A DNA stretch of 64,000 bases from Pseudomonadota bacterium (lineage in GTDB: Bacteria; Pseudomonadota; Alphaproteobacteria; Sphingomonadales; Sphingomonadaceae), in contig JBCCJD010000003.1 of the NCBI GenBank assembly GCA_039027955.1, forward strand, positions 1,627 to 65,626. The letters run 5' to 3'. The notes below the pieces were generated by a model. That model saw only the letters and a program-made list of their open reading frames with translations, was not told the DNA's origin and ran no database searches. The position numbers and the translations under genes are program-made. Shown piece after piece: positions 18,585 to 28,439 of this stretch. How positions within the stretch are numbered: position 1 is the stretch's first letter; every line of letters starts with the position of its first letter.

Positions 18585-21500
18585 TTATGGATCGAGCACA
18601 TTGCGCGCTTGGCTAGCGATTTGTGCCAGCACTGCGGGGGCAACGGGCACTTGGTTCTGCGCTTTTGTGACCATGCCTTTGAATTGGCGGATCGTCTCCG
18701 CTTTGCCTTGCGCCCAGTCCTCGACCGCGCTTACCGGATTGATCTTGGTTGCTTTGCGCGGTTTTGCAGAGATTAGAAGATTACGCATGAACTCAAGCCG
18801 CAATTGCTGGAAATCGCGTGCCAGCCCGGCGACCAGCAGACGCTCCCAGATATCGGATGGCTCCATCATTGTGGCGGTCTGCTGTGCCCAATCCAGCCCT
18901 AGCCTGCGGCCAAGATCGGTAAACGCACTTGTCAATTCCTCGATCGGAAGTTTGGAATCGCGCGCCAGGAGGGCAAGCCCGGTTGCGCCATCCATTTCGA
19001 ACAGATGCACGACTTTGACAGCGAGCGCGTTCGGAGCGCCCGCATCGACCAGTTCAGCGCGCAGACGATCGGATTGTCGTTTGGCTTCGCCGGTTATGAG
19101 TTCACCTGAGGCCTGCGCTAAAGTTGCGATCCCTGGCGCCAGTTCATCGGCCAATTCGCTGGCTGGCCGCTTTGCCGCGCCTGCGCGTAGCAGATCGCCC
19201 ATGTGCCCGCGCAGCGCGCGTGCCGCCCGCTCAAACAGTTGAATCCGAGCCTCTTCGCTGACCGAGGCTTCGTCGATAGTGCGCCATAAGGCGCCCATGT
19301 CGAACAACTGATCGGCTGCAACAAAGGCATTGGCGATCACTGCCGGGGTTACGCCTTCCTCTTCGGCAAGCTCGAACACTGCCAAAAGGCCCATCCGGTT
19401 GACGATCCGGTTAGCAAGCTCTGTCGCCAGCAATTCGCGGCGCAACTGGTGCGCGGCGATCTGCTTGGCATAGGGTTTGCGCATCTGCTCCGGGAACATA
19501 GCAATCAGGGTTGCTTCCAATGCTGGATCGTCCGGTAATTCGCTCGCTTCGATCGAATCCTGCACTGCAAGTTTGGTAGAAGACAGCAACACTGCAAGCT
19601 CAGGTCTTGTCAGGCCTTGCCCGTCGCTCGCGCGGCGATTGAGCGTTTCGTTATCAGCAAGACCTTCGGTGCGCCGATCAAGTCCGCCAATCGCTTCAAG
19701 TCGTTCGATCAGCCCAATATACGATCCGGTCGCACTTGCGCCGTCGGCTTCGGCAATGGACAGCGCGAGCGCTTGCAAGCGATTGTCTTCGAGAACGATA
19801 TCAGCAACAGCATCGGTCATGTCTTCCAACAGAGCGTTGCGCCGCTTGTCGGAAAGCTTGCCGGACCGTCTGGCCGCAGCGAGGGCGATCTTGATGTTCA
19901 CTTCGTTATCGGAGCAATCGACGCCGGCTGAATTGTCGATGAAGTCGGTGTTGATGCGCCCTCCGCCAAGGGCAAAGTCGATGCGGCCTGCTTGTGTCAC
20001 GCCAAGGTTAGCGCCTTCGCCGATCGCTTTAGCGCGCACTTCGTCGGCATTGACCCGCAAGCTGTCATTGGCAGGATCGCCGACGGCGAGGTCAGCTTCG
20101 CTGGCGGCCTTGATATAAGTCCCGATACCGCCGAACCAGATCAGATCAAGCGGTGCTTTCAAAATCGCGCTGACCAGCGCATCGGGCTCTATTTCCTTCG
20201 CTTCTATGCCCAGTGTTTCGCGTGCGCGTTTGGAGAGTTTGATGCGTTTTAGATCGCGCGCAAAGACCCCGCCACCGCGCGAAATAAGCTCGGAATCGTA
20301 GTCCTCCCAGTTTGAACGCGGCAGATCGAACAGCCGCTTGCGCTCTTTCCAACTGGTCGCAGGATCAGGGTCGGGATCGATAAAGATGTGCCGATGGTCG
20401 AACGCAGCGACCAGCTTGATCGCTTTTGACAGCAACATGCCATTGCCGAACACATCGCCTGACATATCGCCGCATCCGGCGACCCTTATACTGTCGCTTT
20501 GCACATCGATGCCTTGTTCAAGGAAGTGGCGTTGGACTGAGACCCAAGCGCCGCGGGCTGTAATGCCCATCGCTTTGTGATCGTATCCGTTGGACCCGCC
20601 GCTAGCGAAAGCGTCGTCCAACCAGAAGTCCTGCGATTGCGCGATGCCATTAGCGATGTCGGAAAAGCGGGCCGTGCCTTTGTCCGCTGCGACCACGAAA
20701 TACGGGTCATCGCCATCATGAATTACGACATCGGCCGGATGCACGACTTTATCGCCCACAATATTGTCAGTGACTGACAGCAAGGTGCGGATGAACACTT
20801 CGTAGCTCGCTTGCCCTTCGGCGGCCCAGCCTTCGCGGTCCTGCGCCGGGTCTGGCAGCTGTTTGGGATAGAACCCGCCTTTCGCGCCGGTTGGCACGAT
20901 CACCGCGTTCTTGACGCGCTGCGCTTTCATCAGGCCAAGGATTTCCGTGCGGAAATCATCGCGCCGGTCAGACCATCTCAGCCCGCCCCGCGCAACCGGG
21001 CCAGCGCGCAGATGAATGCCTTCGACGCGGCGGGAAAAGACAAAGATCTCGCGCCATGGCACTGGCTTGGGCAGATCAGGCACGAGGCTTGAATCAAGCT
21101 TGAAAGCGAGCGCTTCGCTCGCTGCTGACGCGAACGCATTGGTTCGCAAAGTCGCATCGATCACTGCCCGATACAGCCTTAGCAGGCGATCGTCGTTGAT
21201 TTCAGCGACTTGCGCGAGCGCGCTGGTGTAGCTGCGATCAGCGCTTTTCAAAGCATCCGCCCGCTCGCCTTTAAAACCTGGATCATGCGCAGCCACAAAC
21301 AGATCGATCATCGCTCGGGTGACGGTCGGAGCGCGGCTCAAAGCGTTGACCACGGTGTAGATGGTAAAGCCCATCCCGGTCTGGCGCAGGTAGCGGTAAA
21401 TTGCGCGCAGCCATGTCGCTTCGCGCGCGCTCAGAGCGTTGCCGACAACCAGCCGGTTAAACGGATCATCTTCGCCTTCGCCGTTGAGCACTTCTGCGAT

Positions 21501-23360
21501 CGCGGTTTCGATGATGTCGGCGCGCTCGAGCATCTTCGCAGGGTCGCTCCCGACGGTCGGAGCAAGCATGAAATCATGGACGGTGCCAAGCAGCCCGCTC
21601 GCCAGCTCAGTCTTGATTTCAGTGATTACCCGGAACCCGAAATTCTCAAGCGCGGGAACCGCGTCTGACAGCGCAAGATCGCCATTGAGCAGATAAATCT
21701 TAAGGCGCAGGCGGTCCTTTTCATCGCTCGCTAAGCGATAGAGCCGCGCGCCGCGCCTTTCGGCTGAACTGGTCGCTGCAAGAGCGCGTATGCGCCCGAT
21801 ATCCTCAGCCGCTTCACCAGCGCCATAAAGGCTGCGATAGCCTTGCGGGAATGCAGCGGCATAGCGCGAGGCGATCGCATTCGCGCGCCCGCCTTCGTCG
21901 CGTTCGGCAAGTTTGGCTTCGACCGCTTCGCTCCAGCCGCGCAGCAATTCTTCAAGCTGGGTTTCGATCGGCTCTGCATCGATCAGGTCTTCAGCGGAAC
22001 GGGTGTCGAGCATGAATTGGAGCCGCGCCAGATTGCTGCCGTCAACCGTCAGGCTCCAATCGAGCACTTCAGTGCCAGGCGTCTCAGTAAGCAGGTTCTG
22101 GATTTGCAGCCGCACCGCAGTCGAGAGCAGATCGCGCGGCAGCCAAACGAACGCAAAGACGTGCCGGGCAAGCGCAGACTGGATCAACACCAGCCGTGGG
22201 CGAGGCCGGTCGATGAGGCTCATCATCGTAGTGGTAAGGCGCTGCGCGGCGGCTGGATCGAATGCAATCAAGAGATCGTGCGGCAGGGCGGTGAATGCGT
22301 GGACTAAGGCTTTTCCGGCATGGCTGCCGCGGTCAAAGCCCAATTGCTCGGTCAGCCCGGCTAGAGCTGTCCTTAGGATGGGCACATCGGCTGGGCGCGC
22401 GGCAAGCGCAGCGCTCGTCCACACGCCGGCATGGACTGACAGGCTGGTTGTGGTGCCATTCTCTCGCTGAGGGATTATGAACAGGTCGAGCGGGACGTGC
22501 CGATGGACGCTCGCGATCCGGTTGGACTTGATGACAAGCAGATCGCGCTCAGCGCCATTATCCGCCAGCGTGTCAAACCAATCGAACGCGCGCGCGAACG
22601 AGGCATCCGACAGCAGCTCCTTAGCGCTTTTGCGGCAGACGCCGAGGACATCGCTTTCGCTGCCGTCGCAGCGGCGAGTGACATGCCCAAGTTGCGTCAG
22701 CATCCCATCATTAAGCCAGGTTAGGAGCGCGCTGGCTTCAGGACTGGCCTCGGCGATGCTGGCTGCGTCTTCGTGCAGGCGCTTTTGCACTTTGGGCCAA
22801 TCGGTCACCGCTGCGCGGACATCGCTCAGCGTTGCGCGCAGTCCGGCTATAAGCGCGCGGCGCTGGCGCGCATCGATCCGCGGGGTTTCGCAATAGATCA
22901 TCGATTCGGTGCGGCATTCGCTCGGCGCATCATCGGCAGCACAAAGCTTGATCAATTGCCCGGTCTCATCGCGCTGCGCGGCGAGCACCGGATGAACCAG
23001 ACGGTCTATGCTGAGCCCGTGTGCGGTGATTGTCGCTGCAATCGAATCGACCAGAAACGGCATATCGTCATTGACGACTGCAATCCGCAGCCGGCGCCGC
23101 TCGCCGGTGGCGGATTCGAGTTTGACAAGAGAACGTGAAGGTGCGCGGCTAGCTGCCGCTTCGAGCAAAAACTCAGCCGCTTCAGCCAGATCAGCGCTAG
23201 GCAACGGGGTGTCGCCCGGCAGGATCGCGGCTGTCAATTGCTGCTTAAGCGCTTTTAGGAGGGCTTTGTCCGGCGCTTTGGCAGCAGCCTTTTTCGAAGG
23301 CTTTTTAGCCGCCGCCTTCGACGTTTTGTCAGGACGTGAAACTGCCTTGTTCGAAACCAT
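18585..23360 (-). CDS. gdhB: Large (~1600 aa) NAD-specific glutamate dehydrogenase
   Basis: GIHLRAGPVARGGLRWSDR, QRVKNAVIVPTGAKGGF, VVAADKGTA, GYDHK, GDMSGDVFGNG, NTDFIDNSAGVDCSDNEVN. Confidence 0.95.
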   Translation of the reverse strand: MVSNKAVSRPDKTSKAAAKKPSKKAAAKAPDKALLKALKQQLTAAILPGDTPLPSADLAEAAEFLLEAAASRAPSRSLVKLESATGERRRLRIAVVNDDMPFLVDSIAATITAHGLSIDRLVHPVLAAQRDETGQLIKLCAADDAPSECRTESMIYCETPRIDARQRRALIAGLRATLSDVRAAVTDWPKVQKRLHEDAASIAEASPEASALLTWLNDGMLTQLGHVTRRCDGSESDVLGVCRKSAKELLSDASFARAFDWFDTLADNGAERDLLVIKSNRIASVHRHVPLDLFIIPQRENGTTTSLSVHAGVWTSAALAARPADVPILRTALAGLTEQLGFDRGSHAGKALVHAFTALPHDLLIAFDPAAAQRLTTTMMSLIDRPRPRLVLIQSALARHVFAFVWLPRDLLSTAVRLQIQNLLTETPGTEVLDWSLTVDGSNLARLQFMLDTRSAEDLIDAEPIETQLEELLRGWSEAVEAKLAERDEGGRANAIASRYAAAFPQGYRSLYGAGEAAEDIGRIRALAATSSAERRGARLYRLASDEKDRLRLKIYLLNGDLALSDAVPALENFGFRVITEIKTELASGLLGTVHDFMLAPTVGSDPAKMLERADIIETAIAEVLNGEGEDDPFNRLVVGNALSAREATWLRAIYRYLRQTGMGFTIYTVVNALSRAPTVTRAMIDLFVAAHDPGFKGERADALKSADRSYTSALAQVAEINDDRLLRLYRAVIDATLRTNAFASAASEALAFKLDSSLVPDLPKPVPWREIFVFSRRVEGIHLRAGPVARGGLRWSDRRDDFRTEILGLMKAQRVKNAVIVPTGAKGGFYPKQLPDPAQDREGWAAEGQASYEVFIRTLLSVTDNIVGDKVVHPADVVIHDGDDPYFVVAADKGTARFSDIANGIAQSQDFWLDDAFASGGSNGYDHKAMGITARGAWVSVQRHFLEQGIDVQSDSIRVAGCGDMSGDVFGNGMLLSKAIKLVAAFDHRHIFIDPDPDPATSWKERKRLFDLPRSNWEDYDSELISRGGGVFARDLKRIKLSKRARETLGIEAKEIEPDALVSAILKAPLDLIWFGGIGTYIKAASEADLAVGDPANDSLRVNADEVRAKAIGEGANLGVTQAGRIDFALGGGRINTDFIDNSAGVDCSDNEVNIKIALAAARRSGKLSDKRRNALLEDMTDAVADIVLEDNRLQALALSIAEADGASATGSYIGLIERLEAIGGLDRRTEGLADNETLNRRASDGQGLTRPELAVLLSSTKLAVQDSIEASELPDDPALEATLIAMFPEQMRKPYAKQIAAHQLRRELLATELANRIVNRMGLLAVFELAEEEGVTPAVIANAFVAADQLFDMGALWRTIDEASVSEEARIQLFERAARALRGHMGDLLRAGAAKRPASELADELAPGIATLAQASGELITGEAKRQSDRLRAELVDAGAPNALAVKVVHLFEMDGATGLALLARDSKLPIEELTSAFTDLGRRLGLDWAQQTATMMEPSDIWERLLVAGLARDFQQLRLEFMRNLLISAKPRKATKINPVSAVEDWAQGKAETIRQFKGMVTKAQNQVPVAPAVLAQIASQARNVLDP

Positions 23361-23734
23361 TCAGGGGCTCCTGGCATCCAATGCGACGAGTAATTTTGTT
23401 ATGCCGCTTTATTGTTATCATGCCGTCGATACGCTGCAAGCGCAGACCGTTGCAAGGACGATAATCGCGTAATGCGACGCTTTGCAGGCGGAATTTTTGA
23501 TCACCTCGCCCGCATATCCGCACAGCGTTCTATAAACTACAGGCAGCGTGTGATCAGGTGATGACGCGATGCGTGGTACCCTGCCGTCCCCGGGTCCGTT
23601 GGCGTGTTCTCGTCCAGCGATCGCTCTGGTCCAGCCTTGGCTTGAATGCCCGCTCAAGCGGCTGTTTTTGGCCCAATAGCGCAAGCGGATCCGGGATTAG
23701 GGGCGGCCTTCTGCCACTGATCGGTCTCTCCGCA

Positions 23735-24601
23735 CTACATTGAGGGCGGAAGCTCCTCGGTGGCTGTCTGTGCGGCGGGCGGAGGGCCAAGCTGCTCAAG
23801 ATATTCCTTAGCCGTCACCGCTGCGAGACTGTCAGGTTGGGTGGCAATAACCGATTCCCAGCTCTGCCGCGCGGCATCCTCGCGCCCTGACAGGACTGCA
23901 ATCACCCCTGCCTCAAGCCCTATCTCAGCATCAAGCGGCGCCAGTTCGATCGCCCGTTCAATCGCGCTTTGCGCTTCATCAAGCCGCTCAAGGCGGCGCA
24001 GCAATGTCGCTTTGAGCAGCCAGCCTTCGCTTACCTCTGGCTCAAGCCTGGTCGCGTTTTCAAGCGCTGCCAAAGCCTCCGGCTCACGCTTCAGCGTTAC
24101 AAGCGCGCGTGCGGCATCGATCGCGGCCAAGGCTTCAAGAGTCGCGGAAGCGGCATTGCGGGCATCAATCTGTGCAGCTGCGAGCAGTTTAACGGCAGCT
24201 TGAGCATCACCGCCAGCAAGCGCCGCATTTCCGGCCATTGTGCCGAACCGGGCTTTCGCGCCCAGTTCATCCGCCGGGGTTTCCTCGCGCGCCGCCAGAA
24301 ACGCAGACCGCGCATCACGCCACAGCGATAATTCAGTCGCGGCAAGCCCCAAGCAATGGTTAGCCACCACACGCTCTGCCCCGCTTGTCTCAGCGCGGCG
24401 GATCTGAGCTTGGGCATGCGCGCGTGCCGGACTGTCTTCGAGCTGTCTCAGACACTGCGCGAGCCACTTGCTGGTCGGGTTGAGTTCTTCTTTGCGGGCC
24501 GGGCGCTCAAGCAGTTCATCCGGCGTGCCGAGTTGCGTGCTACCTGTCGGATTAGGCCCGACTTGCAGCGCAATCAGCAGGATCGGTGTTAGCGCGGGCA
24601 T
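23735..24601 (-). CDS. Exported tetratricopeptide-repeat protein
   Basis: N-terminal hydrophobic signal and Ala-rich TPR-like helical repeats (ALENATRLEP, AIERAIELAP). Confidence 0.8.
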   Translation of the reverse strand: MPALTPILLIALQVGPNPTGSTQLGTPDELLERPARKEELNPTSKWLAQCLRQLEDSPARAHAQAQIRRAETSGAERVVANHCLGLAATELSLWRDARSAFLAAREETPADELGAKARFGTMAGNAALAGGDAQAAVKLLAAAQIDARNAASATLEALAAIDAARALVTLKREPEALAALENATRLEPEVSEGWLLKATLLRRLERLDEAQSAIERAIELAPLDAEIGLEAGVIAVLSGREDAARQSWESVIATQPDSLAAVTAKEYLEQLGPPPAAQTATEELPPSM

Positions 24602-24613
24602 TAAACAGGGCTT

Positions 24614-25354
24614 TCAATTTTGTAACAGCGCATCGACTTGTGCCAGCAGTGTAGCGATATCCTGATCGCGCGAGAGACGGTGATCGCCGTCTTTAATCAA
24701 GCTTACCTGAACATCGCGCGACACAAGCGCGTCTGCAAGTCTGAGACTGGTCTCCCACGGCACATCCTCATCGCGCTGGCCATGCAGCAGGCGTGCCGGG
24801 CAAGTCAGCGCGATCTCACCTTCAAGCTGAAGACTGCTCTCTGCATCGGCAAAGAAGCCCGCATGGGTAGGTGTGGGCTCAGGACCATAGGGATTGTCTT
24901 TGTAGAGGATTTCTCCAGCGGCAAGCGCGCTGCGCTGATCTTCGGTAAAGCCCCAGCGGGTAAAGTCAGGCGCCGCAGCGATCCCGATCAAACCTTGGAG
25001 CCGATCACTGAGCTGCGCACCCACAAGCAGCATCAACCAGCCGCCCATTGACGAGCCGATCAGCACAATCGGCTGAGGCACATAGGCATCGATCAAGCTC
25101 AGCACTTCATCACGCCAGCGCGACAGAGTGCCTTCTGCAAAATCGCCTGAGCTTTCACCGCAGCCGGAATAGTCGAGCAGCAGGCAAGTCCGCCCCTGCG
25201 CTGCGGCGTGCTCGAATATCGCGCTCGCTTTGCTGCCGGACATGTCTGACATGTAGCCGGGAAGAAACACCAGCGCTGGTCCCGTTCCTTGATGCAAGCG
25301 AAATGCCAGGCGACGCCCATCGGGCAGCGTATGAAAACGGTGAGGCTGTGTCAT
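24614..25354 (-). CDS. Alpha/beta hydrolase
   Basis: FLPGYMSDM, DYSGCGES, nucleophile GSSMGG, HGQRDEDVP, GDHRLSR. Start at ATG 25354. Confidence 0.92.
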   Translation of the reverse strand: MTQPHRFHTLPDGRRLAFRLHQGTGPALVFLPGYMSDMSGSKASAIFEHAAAQGRTCLLLDYSGCGESSGDFAEGTLSRWRDEVLSLIDAYVPQPIVLIGSSMGGWLMLLVGAQLSDRLQGLIGIAAAPDFTRWGFTEDQRSALAAGEILYKDNPYGPEPTPTHAGFFADAESSLQLEGEIALTCPARLLHGQRDEDVPWETSLRLADALVSRDVQVSLIKDGDHRLSRDQDIATLLAQVDALLQN

Positions 25355-25434
25355 GGCGGCTTCATGCCCGGGTTTCGTGCAAACTTTCAAGCGCTGTCAC
25401 AGGAGCGACATTCGGCGCTTTTAGAGCGCGCTGC

Positions 25435-27099
25435 ATGTTCAAAACAGATACGGCTTGTCAGCCCGCTCGCTCTGCGTCCGACCTCTCCCGGCGCGGCCTG
25501 TTCACTCTGGCTGGTGCTTCGGCAGCTTTAGTGGCCGCGCCTGCTGCTGCGCGTTCGTTCGGGAGCGGCTTTACGCACAATGTCGCCAGCGGAGAACCAA
25601 GTGCAGACAGCGTGTTGTTGTGGACGCGCTATGTCAGCGAAGCTGAAGCTGTGCTCGACTGGCAAGTCAGCCAAACCGACGATTTTGCGCAAGTTATCGC
25701 TGAAGGTCAGGTAAAAGCCGGGCCCGAGCGCGACTGGTGCGCTAAAGGCACGGCGCGCAGGCTTAAGCCTGACAGCTGGTACTTTTTCCGGTTCGTTGCG
25801 CCGGATGGGAAAATCTCTCCGGTCGGGCGCACACGCACTCTTCCGCAAGGCCCGACGCAGCGGTTTCGCATGGCCGTGTTTTCCTGCGCCAATTTCGGCT
25901 TTGGCTGGTTCAACGCCTATGCCCACGCCGCTGAAGCCAATGATTGCGACATTGCCGTGCATCTGGGCGATTACATCTACGAATATGGCGGCGGGACCTA
26001 TCCGAGCGCTAGCCAGAAACATCCTGAGCGCGATGTTGAACCGGCCGACGAGATCGTCGCGCTCGCGGATTATCGGCTGCGCTATGCGACGTATCGGGCT
26101 GACCCCGATCTCCAGCGGCTGCATCAGGTCCTCCCGATGATTGCAGTGTGGGACGATCACGAAAGCACCAACAACAGCTGGAAGGATGGGGCTGAAAACC
26201 ATCAGCCCGAAACCGAAGGCGAATGGTCTTCACGCAAAGCGATCGCCAAGCAGGTCTATCGCGAATGGATGCCGGTCTCCGATAAGCCCTATGCCAGCTA
26301 TCAGGTGGGCGATCTCGCGACCTTGTTCCGCCTCGATACAAGGTTGGAAGGGCGCGAAGAACAGTTCAGCCTCGAAAAATTGCTGGCTGGCAAGGAAAAC
26401 GCAGAAGCGATGATCGCATCGCTGAGCGCGTTTCGTGATGGCGACTATGTCAATCCGGAGCGTCAGCTTTTGGGCTCGGCACAAGAAGAGTGGCTTGCAC
26501 AAGGGCTTGCTGCGTCCACCGCCGGAGGGACTATCTGGCAGGTCCTCGTGCAGCAAGTGCTGATCGGCAAAGTGTCTTCGCCGACGGACCTGATGGACAG
26601 CTTAAGCGCAAACGTGCCGGATTTTGCTAAGCAGCGGTTCATGGCCGCAGCACTGGCAAGCAGGGTCGGCTTGCCGCTTAATATGGATGCATGGGACGGG
26701 TATCCCGCAGCGCGCGAGCGCGTGTTTAAGGCAGCGCTTGAAGCCGATGCCAATCTCGTCGTGCTGGCGGGCGATACACACAATGCGTGGAGCTTTGACT
26801 TGGCGCAGGACGGGGCAAAAGTCGGGGTTGAATTCGGTGTTTGCTCAGTAAGCTCACCCGGGTTTGAGAGCTATCTTTCGATGATCCCGCCAACTGTCAT
26901 GGCTGGCGCTTTGGTCAGCGAGAATGAGGAGCTGCAATGGGTCGATACTTCGCAGCGCGGCTATATGGCGGTCGAACTCACTCCGAGCGCTGCCATGACC
27001 GAATGGCGCTTTGTCGAAGGGATCAAGCAGCGCTCGACTAAGCTTGCAGGGACTAAACGTGCAAGCGTTGAGGCGCGCGCCAAAGCGCAAATGGCCTGA
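25435..27099 (+). CDS. phoD: Alkaline phosphatase D, Tat-exported
   Basis: SRRGLF twin-arginine signal, HNVASGEP, HLGDYIYE, WDDHE, DAWDGY, GDTH. The longer N-terminus in the ORF track overlaps the divergent gene and is spurious. Confidence 0.93.
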   Translation: MFKTDTACQPARSASDLSRRGLFTLAGASAALVAAPAAARSFGSGFTHNVASGEPSADSVLLWTRYVSEAEAVLDWQVSQTDDFAQVIAEGQVKAGPERDWCAKGTARRLKPDSWYFFRFVAPDGKISPVGRTRTLPQGPTQRFRMAVFSCANFGFGWFNAYAHAAEANDCDIAVHLGDYIYEYGGGTYPSASQKHPERDVEPADEIVALADYRLRYATYRADPDLQRLHQVLPMIAVWDDHESTNNSWKDGAENHQPETEGEWSSRKAIAKQVYREWMPVSDKPYASYQVGDLATLFRLDTRLEGREEQFSLEKLLAGKENAEAMIASLSAFRDGDYVNPERQLLGSAQEEWLAQGLAASTAGGTIWQVLVQQVLIGKVSSPTDLMDSLSANVPDFAKQRFMAAALASRVGLPLNMDAWDGYPAARERVFKAALEADANLVVLAGDTHNAWSFDLAQDGAKVGVEFGVCSVSSPGFESYLSMIPPTVMAGALVSENEELQWVDTSQRGYMAVELTPSAAMTEWRFVEGIKQRSTKLAGTKRASVEARAKAQMA

Positions 27100-27103
27100 G
27101 ACT

Positions 27104-27211
27104 TTAATCGCGGCTAAAAATTGCTTCGATCGGCAGGTCGAACACTTCAGCGATGGTGAACGCGAGCGGGAGCGAAGGGTCATAGCGGCCTTTCTCGATG
27201 GCGTTGACAGT
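27104..27211 (-). pseudogene. 5'-truncated XRE/Cro-family HTH regulator
   Basis: Minus frame reads TVNAIEKGRYDPSLPLAFTIAEVFDLPIEAIFSRD*, the C-terminal half of a HTH_3 regulator. The expected first helices (MKNRL...SRQ) are absent upstream. Confidence 0.8.
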
Positions 27212-27280
27212 GCATGTTTTTTGTGCGGGCTGCTCGGCATTCGCTTAAGCACTTCGTCTTCTTTATGATTGGTGTCTGTC

Positions 27281-28063
27281 ATGACCTCTAGTCCCTTCGC
27301 AGGAGCCTACGCAAAGCTCGCGAGATGTGAAAAGCATATCGCGGAGCTTGTGGAAGCTGAAGCTGCATACAACGCTGATTATCCGTCAGTTGCCGATGTT
27401 ATGCGTCTCCCGAAGGGCGACAATCTTCTCTACGTACAATTTGGCGAAGTTCCAACAGACGGACCAAGCACAATAGTTGCCGACGCAATCGGGAACTTAC
27501 GTTCGGCCCTCGATATCGCCACCGTTCAAGCCTGCGTTTCGCGCGGCCAAACTGACCAAAAGTTGCTAAAGCACACTTACTTTGCAGTGGGTGGTTCCGA
27601 AAATGACTGGTGGGCCAACGCACCCAGAAGAATGGCAGGAGCAGACAAGGTTGTTCAAGAGTGCGTTGCTAGTTTCAAACCATGGCAAACAAGCGGCAAT
27701 ACGCTTCTTTATTCACTCACCAAGATCGCAGCGAGTGATAAGCATGTCGACCTCGTATCCATTTCGGGCAGAGGGGCCAGAATTGAAGATCTTCCGATAA
27801 CTTTCAGCAATTCAGACGGGTCAGATAAATTCATAAGAATTGTTGATGGAATATGGCATCTTGGTGCGCGCAATAAGCACGTCATTTTCGGGATAAAATC
27901 ACCAGGCCAGATCAAGATCGATGGACCAATCGCCATCCGCGCTAATTTTGGGTTCGCTAATGTTTATGGATTGCGAAACACACCAGCGGTCCCAACCCTC
28001 GATGAGATGCTCGTTATGTGCGAGCAAATTGTCAAGACACTTGAAGTCGCTGCCAATAGCTAA
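27281..28063 (+). CDS. Hypothetical accessory protein (AT-richer than flanks)
   Basis: Open frame of ~260 aa with DAIGNLRSALD and LTKIAASDKH motifs; codon usage differs from neighbours. ATG at 27281; the ORF track starts at 27269. Confidence 0.75.
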   Translation: MTSSPFAGAYAKLARCEKHIAELVEAEAAYNADYPSVADVMRLPKGDNLLYVQFGEVPTDGPSTIVADAIGNLRSALDIATVQACVSRGQTDQKLLKHTYFAVGGSENDWWANAPRRMAGADKVVQECVASFKPWQTSGNTLLYSLTKIAASDKHVDLVSISGRGARIEDLPITFSNSDGSDKFIRIVDGIWHLGARNKHVIFGIKSPGQIKIDGPIAIRANFGFANVYGLRNTPAVPTLDEMLVMCEQIVKTLEVAANS

Positions 28064-28237
28064 CGGCGAACTAGAGATAATCGGCCGCTCACGCGCCGTT
28101 TCAGCTGTCATAACTGGTCTGCTCTCTCAAGTACACAATGACAAGCACGCTTTCCAAAATGCAATGCATGCTTTCCTGGCTTCAGCACCATCTGCTTTGG
28201 TAATGACATTGCAACCCTGGATCGCTATGTGACCCAC

Positions 28238-28309
28238 ATGGCAAAGATGCTGACTACGACCACAACCACTACGACCTCGGATATCCGGGGGCGGTCGGTC
28301 ACGCGTTAA
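28238..28309 (+). CDS. Thr-rich leader peptide upstream of thrS ([23 protein letters not shown])
   Basis: Eight consecutive Thr codons ACT ACG ACC ACA ACC ACT ACG ACC at 28253-28276; stop TAA at 28307-28309, 130 nt before thrS. Confidence 0.85.
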   Translation: MAKMLTTTTTTTTSDIRGRSVTR

Positions 28310-28345
28310 GCACAAGACCCCGCCACCCGGTTTCGGGTGGCGCGG
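28285..28345 (+). promoter_or_regulatory. Attenuator-like mutually exclusive RNA hairpins
   Basis: CGCCACCCG-GTTT-CGGGTGGCG (28321-28342) competes with pairing of CCGGGGGCGG/GGTC (28285-28300) to GACC/CCGCC-A-CCCGG (28316-28330). Confidence 0.7.
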
Positions 28346-28439
28346 TGTCCTCCTGAAATCGGTAATAGCAACAACACCGCTCTTCCGGTGCGTTCCTGCA
28401 TGTCCTAAAGCGCGCCATACGAGACGGAACGATGATACG

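Noticed and set aside
23361-23734. Short ORFs in the gap between the TPR gene and gdhB
   Set aside because: None of the frames shows a recognisable motif, signal or convincing start; treated as a promoter region.
25048-25434. 129-aa N-terminal extension of PhoD in the ORF track
   Set aside because: It overlaps the divergent hydrolase gene, and the Tat signal begins only after ATG 25435.
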